From NCBI RefSeq assembly GCF_036971445.1, contig NC_091471.1:191518001-191582000 (forward strand): 64,000 bases of DNA. Reading direction: 5' to 3'. Under the pieces are notes generated by a model, which was not told where the DNA came from, did not search any database, and worked only from the letters and a program-made list of their open reading frames with translations. Position numbers and translations under genes: made by a program. Of this stretch, positions 1-12,699 are shown one piece after another. Each line of letters starts with the position of its first letter. The stretch's first letter is position 1. This DNA is from Narcine bancroftii (lineage: Eukaryota).

Positions 1-1189
1 TGGAAACATTGCTACTGTGTCTTTCTTAAAAACAGATAAATCACATGATACGATCTTCATAGGGGTGATGATATGACATCAGCAATTATTGTCCCAACTC
101 ATAGTACATATGCAACATGATGCAATTGCAATGCACCTTTCTCTATGATGAAACCCATGTTATGATTGCAAAGTACAGCATGAAGTCTTACAAGATAACT
201 GAGATTTGGCTGAATAAAATGAATTACTTTTCATGCCGGAATTAACAGCTTGGGATGTTTTGCTTTATTTAAACATTTCTTCTTTTATCTTAGAAATTTA
301 CTTGAGAGATTTCTATGCTTGTACTTGGATTTCACATTCACTTCAGGAGTTGCAACTAAACTGAGCCAATTTCCAGCCCTGGACGACTTGAAACATGGGA
401 GTTCATCCAAGTAGTGTGGTCAGGCTTCTTCAGTCATGGTCAGCTGATCTCGTACAGGACATGGAAAGATGGTGATTAATATCTGCTGCTAAGAAATACG
501 GCATGTATTCTAAAACAGCGCAAATGACATCACCAGTTATGCGCAGGACAATGCCAGCAGAGTGGAGTTATTGGAAACCATACACACCACATCATGATGT
601 CCAGGAGATTTTAATTCCTGAGCTTCATCTGCATGCGTGGAATCAGTCTCTCACTCAAGCTCTACTGAGATTGATCAGAGTTGAAGCAACCGGAAACTGT
701 AATTGAGTGACTATAATTAGAATAAATGGTTGAAAGTGGAGTCCGTTGGTAGGGTGAGAATTTTCAGGATCAATGGGTTCAAAGATTATCTTGGTGTGTT
801 TTTTTCCCAAGTCAGCAAATCTCATCAAACAAAGAAAGAACAATCAAAATAAAGTTAATTTTCGAACTGTGTTTGGTCATGGCAGATTGCTTTCAAGTAT
901 GGGCTAGGAAAGCTACCTTATAGGCCACAGCTAAGAATATAGCTGTCTGTCCTCTTGCTTCTTGAAAAGAATAGGTTAATTTTAAGACCTGCTAGAAGTT
1001 GTCAAGATTATAGGGCATTCACCATAGGGCACTTTTATCTGTTTACATGTCCAGCTACCATTTTGTGTTAACTTTTGTATCTGTCATAGGAAGGTAACAT
1101 CTTCCTGAAGCTAGGAACCTAAAATAGATGGCGGTCCAGTAAAACTAGAATTTCATGAGCCACCTCCATATCATTGAGTCCTTCCAGCC

Positions 1190-1420
1190 ATGACAGGGCA
1201 TGTAGTAGCAACTGCTTCAGTTTTGCAAGCATTTTTCTCCAACCTCCCAAAGCATACAGGTTGGTTGGTTAATTGGTCCTCGTGCATTTAGGTGAGTGAC
1301 CTGGGAATGTGGGAGTGGGGGGAATCAATAGGCATGTGGGACAATAAAATGTGTAAGTGTACAGTTAATGTAAAAACAGGTGTTTTATGATTAGATTGTC
1401 TTGGTGGACCAAAGGGTATA
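1190..1420 (+). mobile_element. Degraded V-SINE-like remnant
   Basis: Contains CTCCCAAAG..CAGGTTGGTTGGTTAATTGG (V-domain-like) and a GGACCAAAGGG tail; cut off by the CR1 that follows. Confidence 0.4.
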
Positions 1421-1423
1421 TAA

Positions 1424-4231
1424 CTGAAATTCATATATTTTAATGCCAGGAGTATTGTAAAAAAGGTGGATGTGCTGAAGGTGTGGATTGATACTTGGAA
1501 GTATGATGTGGTAGCGATTAGTGAGACATGGTTGCAGGAGGGATGTGATTGGCAGCTGAATATCCCTGGGTTTCGTTGCTTTAGGTGTGATAGAGTCGGA
1601 GGGGCAAGAGGAGGTAGTGTTGCATTGCTTGTCAGGGAGAATATTACAGCGGTGCTTAGGCAGGATAGATTAGAGGGCTCGTCCACGGAGGCTATTTGGG
1701 TGGAACTGAGGAGTGGGAAAGAAGAGGTTACACTTGTAGGGGTGTATTATAGACCACCCGGAGGGGACCGAGACCTAGAGGAGCAAATCTGTAGGGAGAT
1801 AGTGGATATTTGTGATAAGCACAGGGTTGTAATTATGGGAGATTTTAATTTTCCACATATAGATTGGGAAACACATTCTGTGAAAGGACTGGATGGGTTA
1901 GAGTTTGTGAAATGTGTGCAAGATAGTTTTTTACAACAATATGTAGAGGTGCCGACCAGAGAAGGACCAGTGTTAAATCTACTGTTGGCAAATGGGATGG
2001 GTCAAGTGACGGAGGTTAGTGTTGGCGAGCACTTCGGGTGCAGTGATCATAATGCCATCAGCTTCAATGTCATTATGGAAAGAGATAAGTCAGGGCCAAG
2101 GGTTGAGGTTTTTGATTGGGGAAAAGCTAGATTTGAGGAGATGCGAAAGGACTTACAGGGTGTGCATTGGGACAATTTGTTTTATAGGCAGTATGTAGTA
2201 GAGAGATGGAAGTCTTTTAAAGATCAGATTTTGAGAGTGCAAAAGCTTTATGTTCCTGTTAGGTTAAAAGGAGGGGCAAAAGGTTTGAGAGAGCCGTGGT
2301 TTTCAAGGAATATTGGAAACTTGGTTCAAAGAAAAAGGGAGGTGTACATTAGGTTTAAGAAGCATGGAATTAAGGAGATGTTTGAAAAATACATTGAATG
2401 CAAGAGGAATCTTAAGAGAGGAATTAGGAAAGCTAAAAGAAGGTATGAGGAGACTATAGCAAGCAGGGTGAAAATTAATCCAAAAGGGTTCTACAAATAT
2501 GTTAATGGTAAAAGGAAAGTGAGAGACAAAATTGGTCCCTTAGAGATTCAGAGCGGAAAACTGTGTGTGGAGCCTAGAGATATGGGGGAGATATTGAACA
2601 GTTTCTTTTCTTCGGTATTCACCAAGGAGAAGGATATTGGGATATGTGAGATAAAAAAAGCAAATTGGGTAAATATGGAGAATATAGTGATTATGAAAGA
2701 TGTAGTGTTAGGGCTTTTGAGGAATATAAAGGTGGATAAGTCTCCAGGACCAGACGGGATCTTCCCCAGGACATTGAGAGAAGTAAAGGAGGAAATAGCA
2801 GAGGCTCTGACGGTAATTTTCCAAATGTCATTAGAGATGGGGATAGTGCCGGAGGATTGGCGTATTGCGCATGTGGTTCCGTTATTTAAAAAGGGTTCAA
2901 GGAGGAAGCCTGGAAATTATCGGCCAGTAAGTTTGACATCTGTGGTTAGGTAAATTAATGGAGAAAGTTCTTAGAGATAGTACTTATAAATATCTGGATA
3001 GACAGGGTCTGATCAGGAGCACTCAACATGGATTTGTGGGCGGAAGGTCCTGTTTGACCAATCTGATTGAATTTTTTGAAGAGGTGACTAGGAATGTGGA
3101 TGAGGGTAGCGCAGTGGATGTTGTCTATATGGACTTCAGTAAGGCTTTCGATAAGGTACCACATGGAAGGTTAGTTAGGAAGGTGCAGTCTTTAGGTATA
3201 AATTTTGAGATAGTCAAATGGATTGAACATTGGCTGAAAGGGAGAGGCCAGAGAGTGGTAGTGGAAATTGTCTGTCAGGTTGGAGGCCGGTGACCAGTGG
3301 TGTGCCTCAGCGATTTGTATTGGGCCCATTGTTGTTCGTTATATACATTAATGATCTAGATGATGGGGTGGTGAATTGGATTAGTAAATATGCAGACGAT
3401 ACAAAGATAGGTGGAATAGTGGATAATGAAGAAGGTTTTCAAGGATTGCAGAGGGATTTGGGCTGCTTAGAAAAGTGGGCTGAAAAATGGCAGATGGAAT
3501 TTAATGCTGATAAGTGTGAGGTGCTTCATTTTGGTAAGAAGAATCAGAACAGGACATACGTAGTAAATGGGACAGCATTGATGAATACAGAAGAGCAGAA
3601 GGATTTAGGAGTAACGGTACATCATTCCCTGAAGGTAGAAACTCATGTGAATAGGATGGTGAAGAAGGCTTTTAGTATGCTGGCCTTTATCAATCATTGC
3701 ATGGAATATAGGAGTTGGGAAGTGATGTTGAGATTGTATAATGCGTTGGTGCGGCCTAATTTAGAGTTCTGTGTGCAGTTCTGGTCGCCTAATTATAGGA
3801 AGGATATAAACAGAGTGGAGAGAGTGCAGAGAAGATTTACCAGAATGTTACCTGGGTTTAAGCATCTAGAGTACAGGGAGAGATTGAGCAGATTAGGTCT
3901 TTATTCTTTGGAGCGTAGAAGGTTGAGAGGGGATTTGATAGAGGTATTTAAGATTATGAAAGGGATGGACAGAGTGGATGTGGATAGACTATTTCCGTTA
4001 AGAGTAGGAGAGATTGAAACAAGAGGACATAAGTTAAGAGTTAAGGGGCAGAGGTTTAGAGGTAACATGAGGGGGAACTTCTTTACTCAGAGAGTGGTAG
4101 GTGTGTGGAACGAGCTTCCAGGAGAAATAGTGCGGCAGAGTCAATTTTATTATTTAAGAAAAAGCTGGACAGGTATATGGATTAGAAGAAGGTGGAGGAT
4201 TATGGTCATTGTGCAGGTAGGTGGGACTTGA
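1424..4231 (+). pseudogene. CR1 ORF2 (APE endonuclease + reverse transcriptase), frameshifted
   Basis: ORFs 1466-2953, 2958-3293 and 3230-4231 join into one ORF2 across frameshifts near 2945, 3265 and 4130. Confidence 0.9.
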
Positions 4232-4312
4232 GATGAGTGTTTGGTTCGGTGCGGACTAGAAGGGCCTAATGGCCTGTTTCCGTGCTGTAATTGTTATGTC
4301 ATGTTATGTTAT
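1424..4312 (+). mobile_element. CR1-clade LINE, 5'-truncated at the start of ORF2
   Basis: APE motifs (FNARS, ISETW, GVYYRPP, MGDFN, SDHN), RT motifs (KSPGPDG, NYRPVSLTS, DFSKAFD, GVPQ, YADD), CR1 C-terminus (LERRRLRGDLIEVFKI, TRGH), 3' UTR GGCCTGTTTCCGTGCTGT and (TGTTA)n tail. Confidence 0.95.
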
Positions 4313-4974
4313 AATGTTTAATGGCTGGAGATTTTTAAGTCACATGATTCACAACAGCATTCATGCACCCACAAAATAAAAACTTTCCTTTCATCAATAA
4401 CCAATTAGATGGTTATCAAGGTCCAGAAAATATAATCCGTTGATGTTCGTTTTTCACAGTATACTTCAAAGATGCACACATTCATACCTGACCCATCTCC
4501 AGCCATATCAGTAATCTTTCAAAGTAATAAATCAGTCTTCTTTTAGCCTCTAATTACATGAATAATAACTAAAGGATCATTCTCCTAAATACTGCAAACA
4601 CTGTGGCAAAAATAAAGCAGCAATCTTCCACAGATATGGATGCAGTTCAGATTTTGGGGCTATCAACTACTTCTTTCACCTTTTACACAGTTATTGAAGG
4701 TCAGACTTCAATGGAACTAAATTGATTATTCGTGCTCTGGGCAAACTCGAATTGAAACTAGGCACTACAGTGGGAATACAGTTAGCAAAAGCTTGTTATT
4801 AATTAAAAGCTAGACATACCATTCACTGCTTGTAAGCCTTAAAGGTTTTTCTAATCTCTAGTAGTAATTGAAATTACTACCATCTTTTTTTTGTACAGGC
4901 TTATACAGTCCCTGATGATACTTGACGGCTGACTTCAGCAATGCTTTTGCTTTTGAAAAGGCACCACGCTAAAT

Positions 4975-5180
4975 TTGTCCAGCAATTGGGACCTGGGTTC
5001 AAATCCCATGCTGTCTGTAAGGAGTTGTACATTTTCACTGTGTCTGCGTGGGTTTCCTCTGGGGGCTCTGGTTTCTTCCCACCGTTCAAAATTTACTGGG
5101 TATTGTAGGCTAATTGGGTGGCATCGGCTCGTGGACAAAAATGGCCTGTTACTGTGCTGTATGTCTAACTTTAAATTTAA
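4975..5180 (+). mobile_element. tRNA-derived V-type SINE (main window family)
   Basis: B-box GGGTTCAAATCC, core CTGTCTGTAAGGAG..GTGGGTTTCCTC..CTCTGGTTTC, tail GGCCTGTTACTGTGCTGTATGTCTAA; same family recurs at about 8 loci. Confidence 0.8.
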
Positions 5181-5420
5181 AACACAGAAATGCTGGAGGA
5201 ACTCAGCTGTTCTCTCACCATCCATAGGATATAAAGATACTACCAATGTTTGAGGTCTGAGCCCTTCCTCAAGTTACGAGTGAAGAAATATAGCATCTGA
5301 ATTAAATACTGGGAAAAGCAAGGGGAAAAATGGGAGAGGGGAGGAGTACAGAAGAACAGACAAAAGGCATTAATTGCATATGATAAGAGGAAAGGTGAGA
5401 ATTGGCTGGAGTGGACTCTA
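5181..5420 (-). mobile_element. Penelope-like element terminal repeat fragment
   Basis: TGCTGGAGGAACTCAGC..CATCCATAGG motif, matching the termini attached to GIY-YIG relics at 51980-52066 and 61910-62000. Confidence 0.6.
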
Positions 5421-6599
5421 GGAATTATTCTGGAGGGTTTAAGAGTAAGAATGGATTGAAAAGGTAGTTGGGGTTATCAATTATTGGGCATGGCGGTGGA
5501 GATTTGGTGGAGAAGGTGGAATCAATAAATCTTGGAATTTCAAATGATCAGTTTATTCTCAAGAATACATTTTGAAAGAGAAGTCAGAACAGATGGAGTC
5601 TTAGATCAGTGACAACATTATAGCCACAATCTCCTGGCAATGACCTTCATCAATTAGAACCTGGACCAGATCATTCACATCCACGCACAATTACCAATAT
5701 TGGGAAATCTCACACACCAGATCTTACAACATGCATAGCCACCACATTACTCCAATATGGAATTCAATATTCATTTACACAGTTCTACGAGGAAGAGAAG
5801 ATGATTCCCAATTGGAGGCAGCAGGAAATATATTAAAAGAGGAGGGCCTTCATTTTCTAATTCCCCTGGAATGGACAATGTTGGCCAATTTGCAAAATAC
5901 TGCTACTGAGTTTGTCACCATCAATGGTGATGACCAGCCAAGAAATTCACCCTGCGTGATTTAAAGGTTAGAGTGTGAAGGCAGTGTTCCAATACGTATA
6001 ATCACTTTGTAGCTAAGATTTGGAAATTTGGAAATTTGGAAATTTGGAAATGGGAGGCACAGGAGCCAGAAGTTATCACCAGAAGTTATCTCATAAAAGG
6101 TCTGCTGGCAGGAATTCAATGGCTGTGATGTGTTATGCAATTGAACAATGGATCCTTTTTGCGCAAGAAGGCTTGTGATCAAATTAAGGCAGCATGAAGC
6201 AGTGTGACATCAATTAGCAGAAAGGTTTTATATGGAGCATCAAGATTGTATGGGTAGTCATTTCAACGTATGTAGAGCATTGAATGGATCCTGTCAGAAT
6301 ATTCATTGTAGATCGATTGTATTCAATCACTGTCCATAGGAGGCAACATGGACTCATTTTCTTGACAGCAGTTAGTCTGGATCAGATACTAGTGAGTATC
6401 GGGGATCTTACTACTCCTGCAATCTGTGGTCTAACAAATGTCCTCTTAAAAACCCTTTGCAGTTATGGCTTACACCTAAGAATACTCCTCCTCCTCATGA
6501 ACCTTATAGTCTCTCATTCTTCCAGGAGTGTCTAATGCCAAAGGAAGCCTCCCCCACACTAATCCCCCCACCCCCCAACATACACTCGGCTAGTGATTA

Positions 6600-6965
6600 T
6601 GCACAGATTTTTGAAACCATAAAAATGCTTGATAGGCATGCCATCCACTGGTGGATGTGTATAAGTGTATACCATGATAAGTGTATACCATCTACAAAAT
6701 GCATTGTAGTAATTTGTCCAGGCTGCTCCAATGGCACGACCCAAACCTGTGGTCTTCACCGCCAAGGAATATAGCAGCATGTGAATGGGAGCATCACGAT
6801 CTGCAGGTTCCCCTCCAAGTCATCTTCACCATTCCTTAATGTTTCTCCATCTCAATCTGAAAACTCTGGGAATATCCAAAAACACTACAGTGATTCAACA
6901 AAACAGCTCACCACCACATACACCAAGGACAATAAGAGAAGGCAATAATTACTGGCCTTTCTAGT
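6600..6965 (+). mobile_element. Old LINE 3' end (CR1/L2 group)
   Basis: ACCATCTACAA..TGCA, GTTCCCCTCCAAGTCA, CAGCTCACCACCAC..GGCAATAA resemble a common chondrichthyan LINE tail; recognised by eye only. Confidence 0.4.
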
Positions 6966-7516
6966 GAGGAAGGAAGGAGCAAATAAACAAATCAGGCATC
7001 ATTTTGCTAACTTAATAGGACATAATGTAAATGATTGCTCGCAATATTTTGCTCCCAATTTGGAATATGAAGTTTCCTTATCACTGACCCTGATCTTTTG
7101 TTTTCTCACCAAATGGTTCTCTAACCGTCAAGGTTTAAAATACTTCAAATGACCAAATTATTTGAAAAGCTAAGAAGAAGCCATTGATCAAAAACCATTA
7201 ACATTTTAACACTCTCATAACAATTTTCAGTTATTTCTGTGATGTGGCAATAACATATTGCATTCAATAAAAACTGCAAACATAAACTCTGTTAATGGTA
7301 AATTTGGTTGTTCACAGTTAATGATTTGCAATAAATTAGCATTATTAATAGTTTAAATTTATACATTTGAATGAAATGTAACCTGGTAACTAGATCCTAT
7401 TTAAATGCAGCTACAAATCAGCGGGCCACATCAAGTGGATGTAAATATTTAATGCACACCTCCTGCTGTTATTTGCGATGACTAAAAATACATGTTGCAG
7501 CAATTTTTAGCACATA

Positions 7517-8505
7517 CCGTATTGATGGCATGTAAGACCCACTTTTATCCCCCCACCAAAAATCGCTCAAAAATACCCACCAGGTCTTAAGATGTTAAAT
7601 TGAAATTAGGATGAAAATGGTGAGTAATGTCGACAGTGATCATTGTTGCTGTGTGACTCACTAGCATCTCTTATGTGGACCCGCTCTCTCCCAGGGGTCC
7701 GCTGTTGGTACCCACACAGATCTCCTCACTCCGCTCCCCCGACAGCCCGCCACCGGTCCCCACCCTGATCCCATTGCTCCACTCCACCCACAACAGTGTA
7801 CCACCAGTCCCCAAACTGATCCCAGCACTATGCTCCCCACCCTCTCCCTGGAGAGAGCGGAGCAGTGGGACCAATGTGGGAACAAACAGCAGGCCGCTGG
7901 GAGAAAGCGGGGCAGTGAGACCAGCATGGGGACCAACAGCGGGCAACCAAGAGAGAGCAGAACAGCAGGGCCAGCGCACAGACCAAAAGCAGCAGCTGGT
8001 TTTTATAAAATGATTTTCTTTTTAATTTTTAAATCAAATTTAGACCTATAGTACTGTAACAGGCCAATTCAGCCTGATGCGTCACCTGATTTACATCCCA
8101 TTAACCTACACCCCCGGAACGATTTTGAAGGGTGGGAGGAAACCAGAGCCCTCGAAGAAAACCCACACAGACACAAGGAGAATGTACAAACTATTTACAG
8201 ACAACATGGGATTCAAATACTAGGTCCCGCCAGATCGCTGCTACTGTCAAAGTGTTGCACAGACACGATGCCAACCATGCTACCCTATTCCTACTTGAGC
8301 TGAGCTGTTTTTGTTTTCTCTTATAAATTACAGCAGTATTAATATTAAAAAAATCCATGTTGTCCAAGTTGCATGTTCTCTCGAAGTATTTTTTCTGCTA
8401 TACTGTAGCTACATATTTCAATAGCAGTCAATACTTACCCATAAATACACAAAAATTTTTTTTTTTAATTCCTTGCTGAAATGAGGGCTCTTATATGCCA
8501 ATGCT
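7517..8505. mobile_element. Non-autonomous pogo/Tigger-like DNA transposon with GC-rich palindromic core
   Basis: Left end TA|CCGTATT..GGCATGTAAGAC; decayed inverted end TCTTATATGCCA near 8490; internal inverted repeats 7680-7990; SINE inserted inside. Confidence 0.5.
8035..8290 (-). mobile_element. tRNA-derived V-type SINE
   Basis: Reverse complement of the family core (GGGAGGAAACCAGAG..GAAAACCCACACAGAC..GAATGTACAAACT..TTACAGACA). Confidence 0.8.
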
Positions 8506-8904
8506 ACCCTGAAACCCCACACCTAACCTTAACCCTAAGGTATGAATACAAGGTCACACACTATGAAGACAATAAACGTACCCCAGGACATATCAAAATG
8601 CACAAGTACTAGAAAGGAAATAAGACACTGATCCCACTAAGAAACAGGCACAGTGTAATGAAAGCTGGGCCAACCAAAGGTGGCACAGAACCTCTGAGAG
8701 AGGAGACCACTGAACGCAAGAGGGATGATTATCCTGCTGCTCTCATATTGACAAACTAACCTGAACTTTAACCCTAGATTTGACACTAGGTCTGCCAGAT
8801 TGTGAGCAAGCTGGTCTATGGGTTTTTCCTCAAGACTCCTCAGTTTGAACAGTCTGAAGCCCACCACCCCACTCCCTCACTGATAGCCCACCAAAGATAG
8901 GTAG

Positions 8905-8970
8905 TGGTGATTAGTAAGGGATTACTTAAGGTGGTATGTGAGTGGAAAGAAAAAGCTTGAAATTCACTTA
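8905..8970. mobile_element. Half copy of hAT MITE (same family as 12330-12468)
   Basis: GTAAGGGATTACTTAAGGTGGTATGTGAGTGGAAA matches the arm of the 12330-12468 palindrome. Confidence 0.55.
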
Positions 8971-9115
8971 TTTTAATCAATAATTGCAGTAGATTTTACC
9001 ACACTTTTATAAACTGTGTGCATATTAAAAAAAAAGTGTACATGTATTTTCCAACCCAGAGGCTATTAATAATGGAAAAATCCACGAATGATGTGTAAAA
9101 ATCATATATGATTGT

Positions 9116-10263
9116 TTTTTTTTCTTTGGCTTGGCTTCGCGGACGAAGATTTATGGAGGGGGTAAAAAGTCCACGTCAGCTGCAGGCTCGTTTGTGGCTG
9201 ACAAGTCCGATGCGGGACAGGCAGACACGATTGCAGCGGTTGTAAGGGAAAATTGGTTGGTTGGGGTTGGGTGTTGGGTTTTTCCTCCTTTGCCTTTTGT
9301 CAGTGAGGTGGGCTCTGCGGTCTTCTTCAAAGGAAGTTGCTGCCCGCCAAACTGTGAGGCGCCAAGATGCACGGTTTGAGGCGTTATCAGCCCACTGGCG
9401 GTGGTCAATGTGGCAGGCACCAAGAGATTTCTTTAGGCAGTCCTTGTACCTTTTCTTTGGTGCACCTCTGTCACGGTGGCCAGTGGGGAGCTCGCCATAT
9501 AACACGATCTTGGGAAGGCGATGGTCCTCCATTCTGGAGACGTGACCCATCCAGCGCAGCTGGATCTTCAGCAGCGTGGACTCGATGCTGTCGACCTCTG
9601 CCATCTCGAGTACTTTGACGCTTGGGGTGTAAGCGCTCCAATGGATGTTGAGGATGGAGCGGAGACAACGCTGGTGGAAGCGTTCTAGGAGCCGTAGGTG
9701 GTGCCGGTAGAGGACCCATGATTCGGAGCCGAACAGGAGTGTGGGTATGACAACGGCTCTGTATACGCTTATCTTTGTGAGGTTTTTCAGTTGGTTGTTT
9801 TTCCAGACTCTTTTGTGTAGTCTTCCAATGGCGCTATTTGCCTTGGCGAGTCTGTTGTCTATCTCATTGTCGATCCTTGCATCTGATGAAATGGTGCAGC
9901 CGAGATAGGTAAACTGGTTGACCGTTTTGAGTTTTGTGTGCCCGATGGAGATGTGGGGGGGCTGGTAGTCATGGTGGGGAGCTGGCTGATGGAGGACCTC
10001 AGTTTTCTTCAGGCTGACTTCCAGGCCAAACATTTTGGCAGTTTCCGCAAAGCAGGATGTCAAGCGCTGAAGAGCTGGCTCTGAATGGGCAACTAAAGCG
10101 GCATCATCTGCAAAGAGTAGTTCACGGACAAGTTTCTCTTGTGTCTTGGTGTGAGCTTGCAGGCGCCTCAGATTGAAGAGACTGCCATCCGTGCAGTACC
10201 GGATGTAAACAGCGTCTTCATTGTTGGGGTCTTTCATGGCTTGGTTCAGCATATATGATGAAC
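9116..10263 (-). mobile_element. RTE-clade LINE, 5'-truncated copy 1
   Basis: ORF 9176-10252 with LLFADD RT motif and C-terminal CxRxCxSRIGLxSH; 13-bp TSD CATATATGATTGT at 9103-9115 and 10264-10276. Confidence 0.95.
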
Positions 10264-10653
10264 CATATATGATTGTAGTGCAGCTATAAATGTACTGCTC
10301 AGAAATCTAAATTGTTGTAAATTAATATTCTTAACTACCCAATCCCAGATTGGAGAAAAAAGTGAGAGTATTTCATGGAGGCTGTTCTATTTTAAAGGGG
10401 AAAATAGTAAACGTTCACATTTAGATTGCATTCATCACATCTTTTTATCGCATCAAAAAATCCAATAGAAATTTTCATAATTTGACATACAAAAGCCAAG
10501 ATTCCACAAACAGCATCAACTGAGCTGCAAGTTAATTCTATTTTGTTTGATAAAGGGTTGTTGAGCAGAATCCCATTGTCTTAAATCAATTTGAATATCC
10601 AACATTTACAGTGTCAATGTGGATTATTGGGTAGGATACTTGCCTCTGACTCA

Positions 10654-11392
10654 AGGCCATTTCATGTCAGGCCTCCGCCTGGAGGACGGCTACAAGAGTG
10701 GATCGAAAACTTAAAACATCTTTCAGACAGCAACCCTAAAAGGCTGCTCCAGCATCCCAGTCATATCAAGAGGTGCCTCGTAGTGCCTTCCAGAGCCGAT
10801 GGAGCCGGGGCAATTGGTACCATAGCGCCACCTCTCTTAATATGCGGCAGAGCAATGGCTGTCCCTACCCATAATCCCCCATGCAGCTGGAACCCCTCTT
10901 TGTTTCCCAGAACAGTTCCAGCTGTGTGAGGAATTATGGGTAGGGAAGACAGCCATTGCTCTGCCATGTTTTGAGCTGCAGAGAGCGGCTCCCGCCGACC
11001 TCTTCTGCCCTATCGGATCCTGCTGGCCCCCGCTGCCCCAACAGCTCCAGGTAGCCCCTGCTGCCCCACCGGCTCCCGCTGCCCTGATGGCTCCTGCCGG
11101 CCCCCGCTGTTGCACCGGCTTCCGCCAGCCCCCGCTGTCTGACGGCCCGCTGCCCCTGCCTTGAGGGATGTCTGGAGGGAGAGGGGTGAGTGGGGAGATG
11201 GATCGTGGGCAGCGGCTGTACATTCAGGTAAGGCGGCAGAGTGCAGCGCTCCACCGATTATCCTTCCCAGAAAAGGGTTAGAATTGGTGCCTCAGAGCCG
11301 GCCATGGCGCTTTCAGAAAGCTACCTCTTTGAGCGTAAGGGCAAAGAACCTCCGCCTTTACGGTCAGGTGTTTACCCTGCTTGAAAGTGGCT
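10654..11392. mobile_element. PIF/Harbinger-type MITE, GC-rich
   Basis: Termini AGGCCATTTCA / TGAAAGTGGCT, 3-bp TSD TCA (10651-10653, 11393-11395), internal hairpin 10846-10965. Confidence 0.6.
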
Positions 11393-11639
11393 TCAGACAG
11401 AAGATTGTGGAGAAGTGAATATAAAAATCTAGGATGCTGCAGCAGGGAGGACATTTATTTCCAAAAATATACTTTATTCACAATAAATAATTTACAAAAC
11501 CAAAAAAAAGAGTTTTACATTTTTTCTCAATACACCGTTACCACCACTGTAGCACCTTGTCATTTCTACATGTTGTCATTAGACACACTTTTCCTAGACA
11601 AAAATTACTGACAAACAAGAAAAGAGTTAAAGTCTTTTT

Positions 11640-11945
11640 ATACTCAAGGAGGAATGCAGTGCTAATGTGGGCACTTTTATTGTGAAAATAAGGCCTTATC
11701 TGATCCTTCACAAGGATGTAAGAAAATAAAACACTATTTTTGAAGGGAGTTATCCTGTTAGGTTCAGACCCATATTTAATGTTGAACCAATATCATGAAA
11801 AGAGATTATTTTGATCTTTTTTGCATTGATGTTTGTGAGAGCCTTTTGAGTTCAAGTTGGCTCCTGCATTTCCTGATTCACATCTGTAACCCTCAAGCAT
11901 TGTGGGATGCCTTGAAGGTCACGACATGAATGTCCCCTTCTTCCT
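11640..11945 (+). mobile_element. Deu-domain SINE relic (SacSINE1/AmnSINE1-like)
   Basis: GGGAGTT..ATATTTA..AACCAA..AGATTAT..CATTG.TGTTTGTG.GAGC..TTGGCT.C.GCATTTCCT resembles the Deu domain as recalled; not aligned computationally. Confidence 0.55.
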
Positions 11946-12329
11946 TTCCTGACCATACAGATGGACCATATTTTTTAGCATACCACAAAGCTGCACTAGT
12001 TCAGCCCCAAAATGAGGTGCCAGTCTATGACAAATCTGGTATTGGGTTTGTCCCACAACCTTCTAAAGGGTAGAGTGCTGCCAACTAAACCTAATGGATG
12101 GTGAGCTGAAAGTAGATGTGCCTGAGCCCAACATGCATTGATATCTGGAGGAGGTTGCTAGATACACCATGTTGGAATATTCTAAAACCGAAAATAGTTG
12201 CCTACGTCTGAGTCCACTGCATTGAAAATTTACTATTTCAATTGGTTTGGAAAATGGAGGGAGACCCCAGAGATCCTCTCCGCCACTCTTTTTGTCCTGT
12301 GGATTGACCACCAATCTGATACTCTACAG

Positions 12330-12468
12330 TAGTGATTCTCCACTTTTTTTTCCACTCACATACTACCTTAAGTAATCCCTTACTATCCATCCTGTGCCTT
12401 AGCACTTGGTAGGGAATTAGTTAAGGTGGTAGGTGAGTGGGGGGAAAAAAAACAGTTGAGATCCACTG
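12330..12468. mobile_element. hAT (Charlie-type) palindromic MITE
   Basis: Termini TAGTGATTCTCCAC / GTTGAGATCCACTG; 8-bp TSD CTCTACAG (12322-12329) / CTCTACGG (12469-12476); whole element folds back. Confidence 0.8.
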
Positions 12469-12699
12469 CTCTACGGCAACTGTACCAGACCGTGATGGAG
12501 CTGGCCAGGATGCTCTCGAAAGAACATCTGTAGAAAATTGAGAGGATGATGGCCTGTAACCTTGCTCGCCTTCCTGAAAAATGACTAGATGTTGTGTATC
12601 CAGGATAGGCCGCTTCTTAAGTGGAAGGGCATCCATTATTCCAGTGATTCTCAATATCTCTTGGCCAGTGGCACTGACATCTACCCTAATGAAATGCAT

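Noticed and set aside
503-843. Short ORFs at the window start as host exons
   Set aside because: No homology recognised and no consistent splice signals.
6019-6050. (TTTGGAAA)x4 tandem repeat
   Set aside because: Simple slippage repeat with no spacers; not a CRISPR array.
8500-8540. Telomere-like CCTAACCTTAACCCTAA (also near 63805)
   Set aside because: Only two or three imperfect units; too short to call an interstitial telomere.
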